Assembly: GCA_040954595.2 (NCBI GenBank)
Contig: CM082579.2
Location: 10,219,625-10,283,624 of the forward strand
DNA: 64,000 bases
Direction of reading: 5' to 3'
Source: Balanoglossus misakiensis
Taxonomy: Eukaryota; Animalia; Hemichordata
Within the stretch, counting starts at the first letter, position 1. Each line of letters opens with the position of its first letter. Below the pieces are notes generated by a model. The model searched no databases and was not told where the DNA came from. It worked only from the letters and a program-made list of their open reading frames with translations. The position numbers and the translations under genes were made by a program. Positions 1 through 13,772 of the stretch are shown here, piece after piece.

Positions 1-1281
1 TATACACATAATTATATTGGCAGCATTCCAAAAAAAACCTACCATACTGAATCTGACAGGAAAAAAATGTTGGTACATGTGGTTTATGAAAGCACTTTTT
101 AGTATCGATCGTGATGATGGCTATACGGTGAACTTTTCGTTTAAACACGCTTTCAACGGGGACTATTTTATCTCATTTGCATATCAGCTGTAGAAAATGT
201 CATGAAGAAAAGCCAGTGCACCTCTAAGCCAATACCGGTATAACTTGAGCTCGTTCTTTTTGGGTCACAGAATTCAACATTTAGTCAGCACTCCATTCCG
301 AAATATGCATTACGTAGCCAATAATTTTATCAACTTTAATTCACTTAAGAAAATATGTGATTTTTTGTTATTTCGACCTATTTGTCATGAAGCTGAGCAG
401 TGTCCGTACTGAGATTGTAGTGTATTGATAATTCTTACCTAGCTGGAGGGTCAGGCTGGCAGTCACATTTGAAAGACACTGCTGCTATATAAAGAATGGG
501 TCATTTTGTACTCTAAAGAAGTACAGAATTAAGAGAAGCAATGACCACCAATCTTACCTGACCACCTGGTCTGGGTTAGCAACAATCTCTGTACGGAGAA
601 TGGAAGCTGGGGTACCAACGATGTAATCGACAGTTTATATGCAATAATATCATGTACGTAGAAAGTACATGATTAGTTAGATTAGTTCTGCACAGTTTCG
701 TACGGGTTAATAATGAAGCCAGCGCGTCTCTGAATTTAACATTTAGTCAGCTTTCAATTTCGTAATATCCATTACGTAGACAATAATTTTATCAACTTTA
801 ATTCACTTAAGAAAATATAAGATTTTTGGTTTATTCGATGTATTTTCATCCATGACATACATGTAATGTCACTTTTGACATAATTTTGAAGGCAGACTAG
901 TCGAATAGCCAAGCCCTAATTTGCATACACCCAATCAACTGGCCACGTCCGTTTGAAAAGGGCGATACACAGCGCTGAACACCGTACTTTTCACAGCTCA
1001 AGTTCCAGGTTATAATAGTTGTAAAAGTAAAAAAAATCACACATGTCATTTTATTCTTAAACTATACAGATTATTTTACGCTAGACTAAACGAAACATGT
1101 CGAGTTACCGATGACTGGTTTCAGAACTTGAGTAACGACAACGCGCACACTAAAGATATATAGATGACCTCCACAGTTATAACCTCAGAATGGCTCTTCC
1201 GCCTATTGGACGTCATGCAACGGTGGCGAAATTTGTTTGCTTTGTCAGTTTTTTGAAAGCCAAAAATTTCAATTTAAACTT

Positions 1282-2038
1282 AAACAAGTGACCTATCGGT
1301 CAAAAGAGCTCTGCTGACTTTAACAGTGTAACCTGGGCAATGATATGAATACCCTAGGTTTAAATTCATAATAATTTCATTCTATTGAACAAAACCAAAC
1401 ATAGACATCACAAGTGTTTATCCAAATTCAGCTTGATTCATTGTGCTAAAGAAAGAAAGAATTGAATCCTAAAGAACAACACCAAAAGGAAGCACCAAGG
1501 TTCTAATTGGCATATTCATGACCCAATCATATCCAAATTAACAAAATCAGGTAGGGGCACCATAACACACATTCCTACCAAATTTCAGCTCCATCGTACA
1601 TGTAGTTAGGGAGAAGAAGATTTTTGACCAAAAATTCTATTTTTAGATCTAATTTGCATATTCATGACCCCATCAAATCCAAATTTACAAAATCAGGTAG
1701 GGGCACCATAAAACACATTCCTACCAAATTTCAGCTCCATTGTACATGTAGTTGTGGAGAAGAAGATTTTTACCCAAACTTCTATTTTTAGATCTAATTT
1801 GCATATTCATGACCCCCTCAAATCCAAATTAACAAAATCAGTTAAGGGCACCATAACACATATTCCAACCAAATTTCAGCAAAATATGCCAAGTTGTTTT
1901 AAAGAAGAAGATTGAAATACCAAAAGTTGACGGACGACGGACGACGGACGCCGGACGGACGGACGGACGGACGACGGACGGACACTTATCAACCTACTGC
2001 TACAGCTCGGCTGACACAAGTGACAGCAGAGCTAAAAA
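1282..2038 (-). mobile_element. Non-autonomous Helentron (HINE-like) with internal satellite
   Basis: Subterminal IRs AGCTCTGCTG (1307) / CAGCAGAGCT (2024), short hairpin TGACC-TATC-GGTCA near one end, three 145-146-bp tandem units (1503, 1649, 1794), a (GACG/GGAC)n tract at 1928-1982 and A-run termini. Confidence 0.75.
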
Positions 2039-2607
2039 TTGCTGATATAATTTATTTACTTTCATTGCGAAAATAATTCACAAATTTTAAACATAGTACA
2101 TAAATTACACAAGTAACAGTGCGTATTACAACGGCGGGGTGAAGACGCAAGTTGCAAGTTTACACGGAGGTGCACGATATGAAATGGAGACGGCTGTGCA
2201 GTGTACACGGTACAGATTTTACTTTTGCTTTTAAAACTTGCCTAAATTATGATTAAGAATAGAACTGAAGTATCAAAATAATTGCAGGATATCTGTATTG
2301 TGCAGGAAAAAAAGCAATCCCAAACGAACGACTTGGGCGGGAATTTGTCAGCTAACCAAGCAATGTTATATTCCTTTACCAATGACCATTGCATTCACAA
2401 ACACGAGTGGTTGATTTGTACAATTCATGTAGGTCGGTCAGACAGATGGTAACATGTACATGAAATAACCGCTAACCGAAGTTTAGGGATGTATCTTAGA
2501 CTTGCTCCAAGTCTATGGGCTTCATTATGTGTAGCTACCCGACGCTACCCGAAACCACAAGCTCAGTCCCAAGCATTCACGCAAAAAGTATTGAAATTAT
2601 TTATAAA

Positions 2608-2955
2608 AGGGACAAAGTCTCTCTCTCGCTGGCCTTTTTCCATTAATAATGTTTGATACAAGACGCCGTTTATGTGATTCTACATGTGGATATATGGTGA
2701 ATCAACATTCGACCACACACAACTTCCATCTCGTTTGTAGGATATGAGAGTAAAAACTCGCCCAAAATGAATAAATGGTAAAGAACGATTATTCATTTTG
2801 GCGAGTTTTTTTCACTCTCCTGTCTATAAGAGGGATGGAAGTTGTGTGTGGTTGAACGTTCATTCACTATATATCCACATGTAGAATAACAAATGTTGCC
2901 TCTTATCTAATATAATTAATGGAAAAAAGGGCAGCTAGAGAGAGACTTTGTCCCT
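2608..2955. mobile_element. Kolobok-like MITE family 1, copy 1
   Basis: TIR AGGGACAAAGTCTCTCTCT...AGAGAGACTTTGTCCCT, palindromic body, TTAA on the right and TAAA on the left; same family as 15924 and 29999. Confidence 0.85.
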
Positions 2956-5900
2956 TTAAGACAAAAAACCACCGAAAACACAAAAAGTATTGAGATTTAA
3001 AAATCACCAAGCGACTAATGGGCGCTAGTCTTGATATATCTGGGAAAGCATTATACTCTGATTTTCAAAATCACCTGGGTTAGTGTTGTCTCATTGTTTT
3101 ATGGAACCAAACTAGAGGGAAATTTGCTAACACATATATTCTGTATTGTTGTACTTGTGTATATTAATTTTAGCGTTCTAAAATTCCTAGTATTCTGTTT
3201 GTGAACAGGTTTTATGGGTGACAAACGATTTCTGGTTCGTACAATTTTCATCAATATGGAAGCTGACTGGACACATGTAGCCGGGTAGTCCTAGTAAATA
3301 TAAGCAGCCCTTTGGGAATCCACAAAAATAGGAAATGATACAATGTGCATACTGTTTTCTTACCTTTTCTTTGGTCGAAATTCACGTATCTTATATTCCG
3401 GCGTGCTAATAATTCCTTAAAATTACCAAAATGTTCAGAGTTTTTGTCGACACCTCATTATAACAGCTACGTACGATATGAGAACTGAACCCTTTAGTGG
3501 ATGGTTAAAGTTCCCATAAATTTAAATGTCTACAGGGGGACTACAGTTATAATAGAGGCCCGGGGTACTCCCATAGACAAGTGTTCGGGTAAAGGTGTAC
3601 CTAAAAAGGGGTCGATAACGTGAGAAATGTCCCAATGTTTTTTAACACTTCAAATGCAACAGAACCTCAGTAAATGACAAGAATATATCCTAAATTTGAT
3701 TAGAAATGGAGGGTCATGGAATGATCATGGATGGATGTTTTGAACTAGGGCAGATCACCCCCGTATGAAAATAGAGTGGCGTGCATTCTACGGCTTTACA
3801 GAGTGCGTTGTTATTAGACAACAGCGGAATTTTAATTATTGTCATGCTGCCAAAATGCGACAGAAATTCTGAGCTATTGGGTGTGTGAGTGCTTGGTTTT
3901 GTTAGTATGACCAAATCATCACATCCATCAGCAATCAGCGATGGATTCAACACAATATTTCTGATACACCATACAGTGCACACAATGGTTTAAAATCAAA
4001 GGTTTATGACACAGAGTCTTCATCAGAATGTGAAACGCTGAGAAGTTCGATCTGAAATAATTCGAGACGGGTGAAATGCTTGAATTGACAATAGCCTTTC
4101 CTTATCAGCAGTCATGTTTGTCTTAAAAGCCCATATTTCCTGACATGGAAATTTCTAGCATGTACGTGAAATAACAGCTAACCGAATTTAGGGATATATC
4201 TGGGAAAGCATTATACTCTGATTTTCAAAATCACCTGGGTTAGGTGTTGTCTCACTGTTTTATGGAACCAAAACTGGAGGGAAATTTGCTAACACTCTGT
4301 ATATTTATTTTTAAATTAGCTTGCTAAAATTCCTAGTTTTCCGCTTGTGATCAGGTTTTATGTGTGACAAGCGATTTCTAGTTCGTACAAGTTTCATCAA
4401 TTACAAAGCTGACTGGACCCTTTGCGAATAGACCATTGCCGAGAATTCACAAGAAACTACAGCCGCGAAAGAAAAAAATACCGAAAAATAGCTGTAACTC
4501 AAAGTTACAGCCACTGGACTTTTAAAGCCACTGACAGTTTTCCCGAGATTCCCCACAAAAATAAGAAGAACTATTTGTTTTACATTATTTTTGTACTAAC
4601 TAAACTCTAAAACTTTAGTCAACTTTAACTTACAGCAGTAAGCATTTTAAGGGAAATCGTCATGTGTGCTCAAAAGAAGGAAATAACACAATATGCATAC
4701 TGTTTTCTTACCTTTTCTCTGGTCGAAATTCACGTATCTTAGATTCCGGCGTGCTAATAATTCCTCAAAAATTACCAGTTTTTGTCGACACACTTTATAA
4801 CAGCTACGTACGATATGAGAACTGAACCCTTTATGTCTTGTCTACAGGGGGACTATAGTTATAATAGAGGCCCGGGGTACTCCCATAGACAGGTGTACGG
4901 GTAAAGGTGTACCTTAAAAGGGGTCGATAACGTGAGAATTGTCCCAATGTTTTTTAAACAGAACACCAGTAAATGACAAGAAGATATCCGAAAGTTTGAT
5001 TAGAAATGGATGGGTCATGGAATGTTCATGGGTGGATGTTTTGAAGTAGGGTAGAGCTCCCCCGTATGCAAAAAAGGAGTGAGGTGTGTAACTTGTGTCA
5101 CCCTGGCCCTAATCAAGTTAGAATTGTACGCGGTTGTTATGCTGCCAGAATGATATATTGCGGTCCTGGAGCAGCTTATCAGCCTCAGCCAGTCCCTTTT
5201 GTTCCAAGTAGTTTAATCAGTTGAGGTTTATGAACTCGGAGATATTGGGTGTGAGAGTGCATGGATTTGTTAGTATTACCAAATTATTATGTCCATCAGC
5301 AATCAGCGATGGATTCAAGACACTATTTTTGATACACCATTATATATTGTTATACAGTGCACAAAATGGTTTAAAATCAAAGTTTTATGACACAGTGTCT
5401 GCATCAGAATGTGAAACGCTGAGAAGTTCGATCTGAACTTGAAGAATTCGAGACGGGTAAAATGCTTAATAAATTGAAAATGACCTTTCGTTTTCATCAG
5501 CAGTCATGTTTGCCTTAAAAGCCCAAATTTCTTGACATGGATATTTCTATAGCTATTAACAATATAACAGTATACCAGCTGTCCATTTCCTAATATCCAT
5601 TCACGCGCGCATGGAACTCTGTCATATTAAGTAGACAATACGTTTATCAACTTGAATTCCAAGATTATGGTTTATTCGATTTATTTTCATCCCTGACATA
5701 TTTTCGAAGGCGAACTGAACGCTTGTCTTCAGCTCACACTTATCCAAAACTGTGCTTCTCTCCAAAACATGCCGCAACAGCAGTATGACAGTATTTACAT
5801 TAAACTGAGGTAAAACATATTCCCGCTTAAACACGGCCGCCTTTGTTAAGTAAATTAGAACAGAACTATTTTCTCGTTTGAGTCGATATTCTACCAAACC

Positions 5901-7357
5901 TTTGCCTTTGAAAGTCTACTTGCAATTTGATGATTTTTATCAGATGAAATTTAATTAGGTGAATTTTACAATCGCGAGAAATTCGTTCAGTTTCTATTTA
6001 AATACAGCCGATTCGGAAGCGAGATATTCTGTAGCATTCAAGTGAATTTTTTTCATAGATCATAGGGAAAATCAGAGTAACATAATACTCACCGTCAAAA
6101 TTATTTAAGTGAAGGACGCAAGGTAGAAACACGAGAAACCCAAGCTGGCTCTTCGAGTTAACTTGTAATTATGAGTTTTGCCCTGCGCTGAATGCGCCAT
6201 GACGTCATTAGTAGAACATTAACTTGTCCTGTATACTTAACTATATTGCGCGCGAACTCGGTGACTACATGTGCTGTGGAAATTCACGCATCATCCATGA
6301 CACATAAGCTTACAAACGTAATGAGCAGTCTAGGATGCATGGCAAGTTGACATAAATGAGAAAAGTCGATCGTCTGTGTAGTGGAACACATACAGGTCGC
6401 AATGTATGTGTTTAGCTCTGCTGTGTCGACTACGGCAGCAACCCAAGGAGTTGAATGGAGTTAAATTAAGTCCAAATGACCAGGGGTATTGATTGTTGTA
6501 AAGCGCATTGAGCACAAAATATTGTGGATACGCGTGCGCTCTATAAGAACTCACTATTACTGGTACTACGAGCTCTGTAGCTTTTTTACCACACAATAAC
6601 ATAAACCCCATGTCAACAAGTATACTTGTGAACGATGGTAATGATATGCAGTTGAAAGTTCGGCTGAATTCTAAGATGGCGGTTGTAAGACGTGAGCGCG
6701 CTCTCGCTTTTGAGTATGCTTTTACAGCAGTCATTTATATTCATGGTGTAATCCTTTTACCCGTTTCCGGTGAAAATCTTTGATTTAGCCGACTCCTAGC
6801 TGGACTGGGTATAAATATGGGGGCGAAACTCGTCAACGATGACAACACTGACACCGATACAGCTATGCATTGCGCGCTTACTCACTGTGGTACCCGGCCC
6901 TGTAAGTCTAAACTGACGAGGCAATGTACGTCTATGCCTCAATCTTTCACGCCAGTCAGTAACAACCGTGATGTCAGCAAGAGTGGTAATAGAGTGTTGA
7001 CCAATATTGTTCAACACCAACTTATTTATCAACATTGATAAAAAAAAATTCTTGAGGATGAGGATAGGACTGATTTTAATTTTTCTCAAGCGTTGTCAAA
7101 ATTTAATGAACAGACGGATAACGTTTACTTTGTAACAAAACTGAAACGTTCATAGAATGGGGACCCACGAAAAAATTTAGGGACCCCTGATTTTCACAAG
7201 GAAGGGGTCCCAGGGACTCCAAGATTCCGAGGTCTTGCGCAATCCCTTAAAATAACTAGCCACTCACGAAGGAATGATCGAGTCCAAATTGTTTGTGTAC
7301 CATATTTGGCTGCCATCAATCTGTCCTCTATGTTTGGATTATTGATCGGGTGAGACA

Positions 7358-8176
7358 AAAACGAAGGAAACCGAAGGAAAGCGAAGGACGCTGATTTATC
7401 CATATTTTAGTGCGAAGGACACGGTTTTCTGTATGCTGGGGGCCGAAGGACAGGTTTAGCTTCGTATAAAAGGCCGAAGGAAAGCGAAGGACACTGATTT
7501 ATCCATATTTTAGGGCGAAGGAAAAGGAAGGACAGTCATATTTCCATATTTTAGGGCGAAGGACACGATTCTCTCACGATTATCACCAGAGTTACTGATA
7601 TCAATGTCGAGATCTTAAGTAGAGTGTCATGTTTACACGAAACAAATCTAAACAAACATACCTCATGGAAATGCTATCACTAATTCTACGTAACAATACT
7701 TTTGAATTAAACAACAAATTCTACAAGCAAACATGCAGTTGTACCGTGGGCTCAAATGCTTCACCGGGAATAGCCGACATTACGGTTCATGAACTGGAAA
7801 TGAAAAACAACTGACAAAAAACGATCTCAACGCAAGATCTCACTATTGATATCCTAGTTTCGAGATACAGAGAGATGGATACTGATGTCCTTATCCCTAA
7901 AATAAGGAAATATGAGCGTCCTTCGCTTTCCTTCGGCCTAAATTACGGAGCTACACCTTTCCTTCGGCCTTTTATACGAAGCTAAACCTGTCCTTCGGCC
8001 CCCAGCATACAGAAAACCTCTTCCTTCGCACTAAAATATGGATAAAACAGCGTCCTTCGCTTTCCTTCGGCCAAAATTACGGAGCTAAACCTGTCCTTCA
8101 GCCCCCAGCATACAGAAAACCTCTTCCTTCGCACTAAAATATGGATAAATCAGCGTCCTTCGGTTTCCTTCGTTTT
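7358..8176. mobile_element. Foldback element built of CGAAGGA subrepeats
   Basis: The left arm (7358-7565) and right arm (about 7895-8176) are inverted arrays of GCGAAGGA / TTTATCCATATTTTAG units; no TSD identified. Confidence 0.7.
7640..7880 (+). pseudogene. Penelope-like reverse transcriptase relic
   Basis: LSLILRNNTFELNNKFYKQTCSCTVGSNASPGIADITVHELE matches the Penelope RT pattern (NNxFxFNxxFYxQxxGxAMGSxxSPxxAxIxMxxLE). A frameshifted remnant of FRYxDD lies near 7858-7878. Confidence 0.7.
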
Positions 8177-8825
8177 AGGTTATGCTTATTGATCTGTCTC
8201 TTACGAATTTCACCGGTAAGTCCAGACACATCATTTGTTAATTTAATTCAGTTCCTAACTACTTCGCCAGTCAGACTCGCTACACAGGTTTATTGCACTA
8301 CAGCGCCAAGTAATTCCCTCAAGTAACTATATACAGAAAAACCGATGTCCACGTGCACACAAGCTTTGTTGGGGGAATTTTTCAAAAGTAGGTGCAGATA
8401 CAATTCATATTCACATATAGTATATACACATGTAATACTCACGTTTCGGAACCTCGTTAGAATACAGCAAGCAAATCGTTAAATGCACAGCAGGAACCTA
8501 TATATGTGCAATTTAAAGTACCTACATTTCTTACTGCAGCATATGGGCGTGTCACTATCGCCGTGCACATGATGACATCATCCCGTGCCGCTCAATCAGA
8601 ATCGCTGCTAGTGCACATGTTGCAATTGATTGGCTGATCGGTGGCGGAAAAACAGTCGTGCAAGGTGGAAGGGGATAACAAATCACACAACATTATGGTG
8701 GTGAATGGCTTACATAAGTGGAAGGGACTAGCAAATGTAAACAACATTCTGGTGTGTGAATAAACACCATATGTGCACATATACTGTAAATCAATACTAA
8801 ACGACAATGAAGTGATAGAAGTGAA

Positions 8826-9218
8826 GGGGTGAATGTGGGAGGGGAGTCCTCCTTCCTCGTTAGAAAATGTTATAAAATGTTACAGAGCTCAAAACTGCAT
8901 TTTAATGAACTCAAAAGCAAATTAACTCAACTATGTTGGGGAGGACGAATTTAACCTTCGCCGCAAAGTAAGCATCGGTGGGGGGGGGGGAGGGGTACTC
9001 AGGCCATACATGAAAGTTGTGGAAGAATGAAGGGGTGGGTGAAAAGAAAGTGTTGAAGTATAAAGAGCTCGAAACCGCATTTTTGTGGACTCAAAAGCAA
9101 TGTTTAGTCCCTAAAGTTGGAAGGGGGGGGGGCAAAAGTATGTATTTGCCCCCCCCCCAAACTTCAGCATGGGGGGGTGCAAGTGCCCCCCCCCCCGCCC
9201 CCGGTTCCTACGCCTATG
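8826..9218 (-). mobile_element. Partial G/C-run MITE
   Basis: Ends in CCCCGGTTCCTACGCCTATG; the interior is homologous in inverse orientation to 22745-23070. The other terminus was not found. Confidence 0.45.
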
Positions 9219-9312
9219 AGTTGTATTTGAAGAGAGTGACGATGGACATTCGACGAATAACTTATCATTGCACTACAGCCTGCGTACACGTTTAGCATTT
9301 TATTGGCTATAG

Positions 9313-9313
<1 letters not shown>

Positions 9314-9353
<40 letters not shown>
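9314..9353. repeat. (CA)n microsatellite
   Basis: Direct reading. Confidence 0.95.
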
Positions 9354-9357
<4 letters not shown>

Positions 9358-11505
9358 GAGACACAGACATGTTAAATAGAAATTTGTGTAAGAGAACCTT
9401 CTTTGTCTGAATAGGGGATTCACGGGTGAAACATAAGAGCCAACTCAAACAGTCGAACAAGGATATGTGGCAGAGCAATACTAGATTAAGGGCGTATTCA
9501 TAGAAAATATGGCAGACTGAAGCATTTTAACCATGAACATGTAAATGATATAGATATCGATAAATGAGAATAAAATGTGTTGAGCTAAAGTGAACATCTG
9601 CTGAACATTCAGACCTCAAATCTCAAGTTATCTGGTGATCAACACTGAATAAATGATTGTGGTTGAAAGTAAAATTAACAACTACGGATGAAATATTCAA
9701 AGAGTTAAAAATTGCAGCTATGCAGACAAAATAAAAAAAACATGTCGAAAGACACAGCTGCAATAAAGAATGGACCATTTTGTGCTTTAAAGAAGTTCAG
9801 AATTGAGAGGAGCAATGGCCACCAATCTTACAACTTTTTGTTACATTTAACGGGTATGGATTAATTAACATGATTAAGAATGCAATGTTGAGTTTACGCG
9901 TGGATCCTCAAGATTAAGAATTGTCATGATATATTGCTGTTGAGTTCATTCAAATTCATTCAGTGGATGTAACGAAGAATATAAATGGAAGAAATAGTCC
10001 TATGTTTGTCAACACACCTCATCGAGCGCTGGGAAATTACATGAGGCCAAATACACAAATATGTGCTGTTCCGATTACATGGTTTTCATTGTGTGAAAAA
10101 TAAGTGTTATGTAAAAATGAGATGGTACAAACATTTGTGTACCATATGAGTATTGTTGTAATAAAGAAAAAAATATCTAAAGATCTCATTTGTGTTGTAT
10201 TTATTTTAAGTAGAAGTAAACATTCGTGTCAACAAATTTATTTGTCAAGCCGGATAAAATTGCGAAAAAAATGGCTTATCAATTTCTAATGTCCATACTG
10301 TTTTCTTACCTTTACACTGGTCGAGATCCACATAGAAATTCACGTATCTTAGATTCTGGCGTGCTTATAATACCTTAAATTACCAAAATGTTCACAGTTT
10401 TTGTCGACACACTGTACCTTAAAAGGGGTCGATAACGTGAGTACTGTCCCAATGTTTTTAACACTTCAAATGCAACAGAACGCCTTTACAGAGTGCGTTG
10501 TTATCCGACAACAGTGCAATTTATTGTCATGCTGCCAAAATGCGATTTTGGGGTCATGGGGCAGCTTAACATCCTCAGACAGTTGCTTTTGTTCCAAGTA
10601 GTTTAAACCTGTTCTAATACAGGTCTATGATTCTGACAGAAATTCTGAGCTCAGTATTGGGTGTGTGAGTACTGGGTTTTGTCAGTATGACCAAATTATC
10701 ATATCTATCAGCAATCAGCGATAGATTCAACCCAATATTTCTGATACACCATATAGTGCAGTGCACACAATGGTTTAAAATCAAAGTTTTATGACACAGC
10801 GTCTGCATCAGACGTTTTCAGCACACATGTTTGCCTTAATAGCCCAAATTTCTTGACATGACGTAGACAATAATTTTATCAACTTGAATTCACTTAAGAA
10901 AATATAAGAATTTTGGTTTATTCGATGTATTTCATCCCTGACATAATACCTTTGCCATATTATCGAAGGCGAACTGAACGCTTGTCTTCAGCTCACACTT
11001 ATCCAAAACTTCTCACCAAAACATGCCGCAACAGCAGTATGACAGTATTTACATTAAACTGAGGTAAAACATATTCCCGCTTAAACATGGCCGCCTTTGT
11101 TAAGTAAATTAGAACAGAACTATTTTCTCGTTTGAGTCGATGTTCTACCAAACCTTTGCCTTTGAAAGTCTACTTGCAATTTGATGATTTTTATCAGATG
11201 AAATTTAATTAGGTGAATTTTACAATCGCGAGAATTTCGTTCAGTTTCTATTTAAATACAGCCGATTTGGAAGCGAGATATTCTGTAGCATTCAAGTGAT
11301 ATATTCATAGATCATAGGAGAAATCAGAGTAACATAATATTCACCGTCTAAACTATTTAAGTAAAGGATGCAAGGTAGAAACACGAGAAACCCAAGCTGG
11401 CTCTTCGAGTTACCGGGAAGGTTTTGACCGGCGCAGCCGCATAATGCGCCAAGATAGCACTTTTTCAACCAATCGGATTAAAATAACATGTCCTTTGTAC
11501 CTTAA

Positions 11506-11679
11506 AGGTATACAGTCACATCCAATTTACATATCGCCATATATAGTTGAAATGGCGTATTTGAGTGTTCTAAAGAACGCTTTATTTTTGCGTGTGCCAC
11601 CCACTGAAAATCTGTGATTGGTTAGATCTCGATTTACCATGGTAACTGTGGCTAAATTTGTATAGGTGACCGTATACCT
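11506..11679. mobile_element. Kolobok-like MITE family 2
   Basis: TTAA|AGGTATACAGTC...GACCGTATACCT|TTAA; related empty site with a single TTAA at 6237-6240. Confidence 0.85.
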
Positions 11680-11765
11680 TTAACTTCCGTTTGCGCGCGA
11701 ACTCTATATGTGTTTAACAGATTAATGTGCTTTGGAAATTCACGCATCATCCATGACACATAAGC

Positions 11766-11805
11766 CACGGTTACTAGAAGAAGACCGTCTCTTCTAGTAA
11801 CCGTG
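11766..11805. mobile_element. 40-bp mini-MITE with 7-bp TSD (second copy 13859-13898)
   Basis: CATAAGC|CACGGTTACTAGAAG-AAGACCGTCT-CTTCTAGTAACCGTG|CATAAGC; empty site CACATAAGCTTACAAAC at 6301. Confidence 0.85.
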
Positions 11806-13598
11806 CATAAGCTTACAAACGTAATGAGCAGTCAAGGATGCTTGGCAAGTTTACATAAATGAGAAAAGTCGATCGTCTGTGGAGTGGAACACATACAGGT
11901 CGCAATGTGTGTGTTGTCTTCAGCTGGCACGCATCTAAACTGTGTTCAGTGTTCCCCGCCAAAACTCAGCACTATGACAGTAAAAAGACCGCGTTTCTCT
12001 GTACGTAGAAGCTGAGGTACCAACGGTGTAATTGACAGTTCATATGCAATAATATCATGTACATAGCTTTATGTTTTAAAGTCGATAGTTACTTCAACGA
12101 ATTTGTTGGCGTGGATTAGTTAGATTCTTTCTGCACAGTTTCGTACGGGTTGATAAATGGAGGAAAGCCAGCGCACTTCTAAGCCATTCCTGGTATAACT
12201 TGAGCTCGTTTTTTGGGTCACAGAATTAAACATTTAGCCAGCTTTCCATTTCGTAATATTCATTACGTAGACAATAACTTTATCCCCAAGTATTTATTTT
12301 AAGTAGAAGTAAACATTCGTGTCAACAAATTTATTTGTCAAGCCGGATAAAATTGCGAAAAAAATGGCTTATCAATTTCTAATGTCCATACTGTTTTCTT
12401 ACCTTTACACTGGTCGAGATCCACATAGAAATTCACGTATCTTAGATTCTGGCGTGCTTATAATACCTTAAATTACCAAAATGTTCACAGTTTTTGTCGA
12501 CACACTGTACCTTAAAAGGGGTCGATAACGTGAGTACTGTCCCAATGTTTTTAACACTTCAAATGCAACAGAACGCCTTTACAGAGTGCGTTGTTATCCG
12601 ACAACAGTGCAATTTATTGTCATGCTGCCAAAATGCGATTTTGGGGTCATGGGGCAGCTTAACATCCTCAGACAGTTGCTTTTGTTCCAAGTAGTTTAAA
12701 CCTGTTCTAATACAGGTCTATGATTCTGACAGAAATTCTGAGCTCAGTATTGGGTGTGTGAGTACTGGGTTTTGTCAGTATGACCAAATTATCATATCTA
12801 TCAGCAATCAGCGATAGATTCAACCCAATATTTCTGATACACCATATAGTGCAGTGCACACAATGGTTTAAAATCAAAGTTTTATGACACAGCGTCTGCA
12901 TCAGACGTTTTCAGCACACATGTTTGCCTTAATAGCCCAAATTTCTTGACATGACGTAGACAATAATTTTATCAACTTGAATTCACTTAAGAAAATATAA
13001 GAATTTTGGTTTATTCGATGTATTTCATCCCTGACATAATACCTTTGCCATATTATCGAAGGCGAACTGAACGCTTGTCTTCAGCTCACACTTATCCAAA
13101 ACTTCTCACCAAAACATGCCGCAACAGCAGTATGACAGTATTTACATTAAACTGAGGTAAAACATATTCCCGCTTAAACATGGCCGCCTTTGTTAAGTAA
13201 ATTAGAACAGAACTATTTTCTCGTTTGAGTCGATGTTCTACCAAACCTTTGCCTTTGAAAGTCTACTTGCAATTTGATGATTTTTATCAGATGAAATTTA
13301 ATTAGGTGAATTTTACAATCGCGAGAATTTCGTTCAGTTTCTATTTAAATACAGCCGATTTGGAAGCGAGATATTCTGTAGCATTCAAGTGATATATTCA
13401 TAGATCATAGGAGAAATCAGAGTAACATAATATTCACCGTCTAAACTATTTAAGTAAAGGATGCAAGGTAGAAACACGAGAAACCCAAGCTGGCTCTTCG
13501 AGTTACCGGGAAGGTTTTGACCGGCGCAGCCGCATAATGCGCCAAGATAGCACTTTTTCAACCAATCGGATTAAAATAACATGTCCTTTGTACCTTAA

Positions 13599-13772
13599 AG
13601 GTATACAGTCACATCCAATTTACATATCGCCATATATAGTTGAAATGGCGTATTTGAGTGTTCTAAAGAACGCTTTATTTTTGCGTGTGCCACCCACTGA
13701 AAATCTGTGATTGGTTAGATCTCGATTTACCATGGTAACTGTGGCTAAATTTGTATAGGTGACCGTATACCT
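13599..13772. mobile_element. Kolobok-like MITE family 2 (copy carried by the 2093-bp duplication)
   Basis: Same sequence as 11506-11679, offset by 2093 bp. Confidence 0.85.

Noticed and set aside
3860-3925. Second C/D snoRNA candidate (minus-strand GTGATGA)
   Set aside because: The C box is intact in one copy only, and that copy has no properly placed D box or terminal stem.
10401-12901. Repeated 64-66 aa ORFs
   Set aside because: By-products of the 2093-bp duplication; frames are not preserved in older units.
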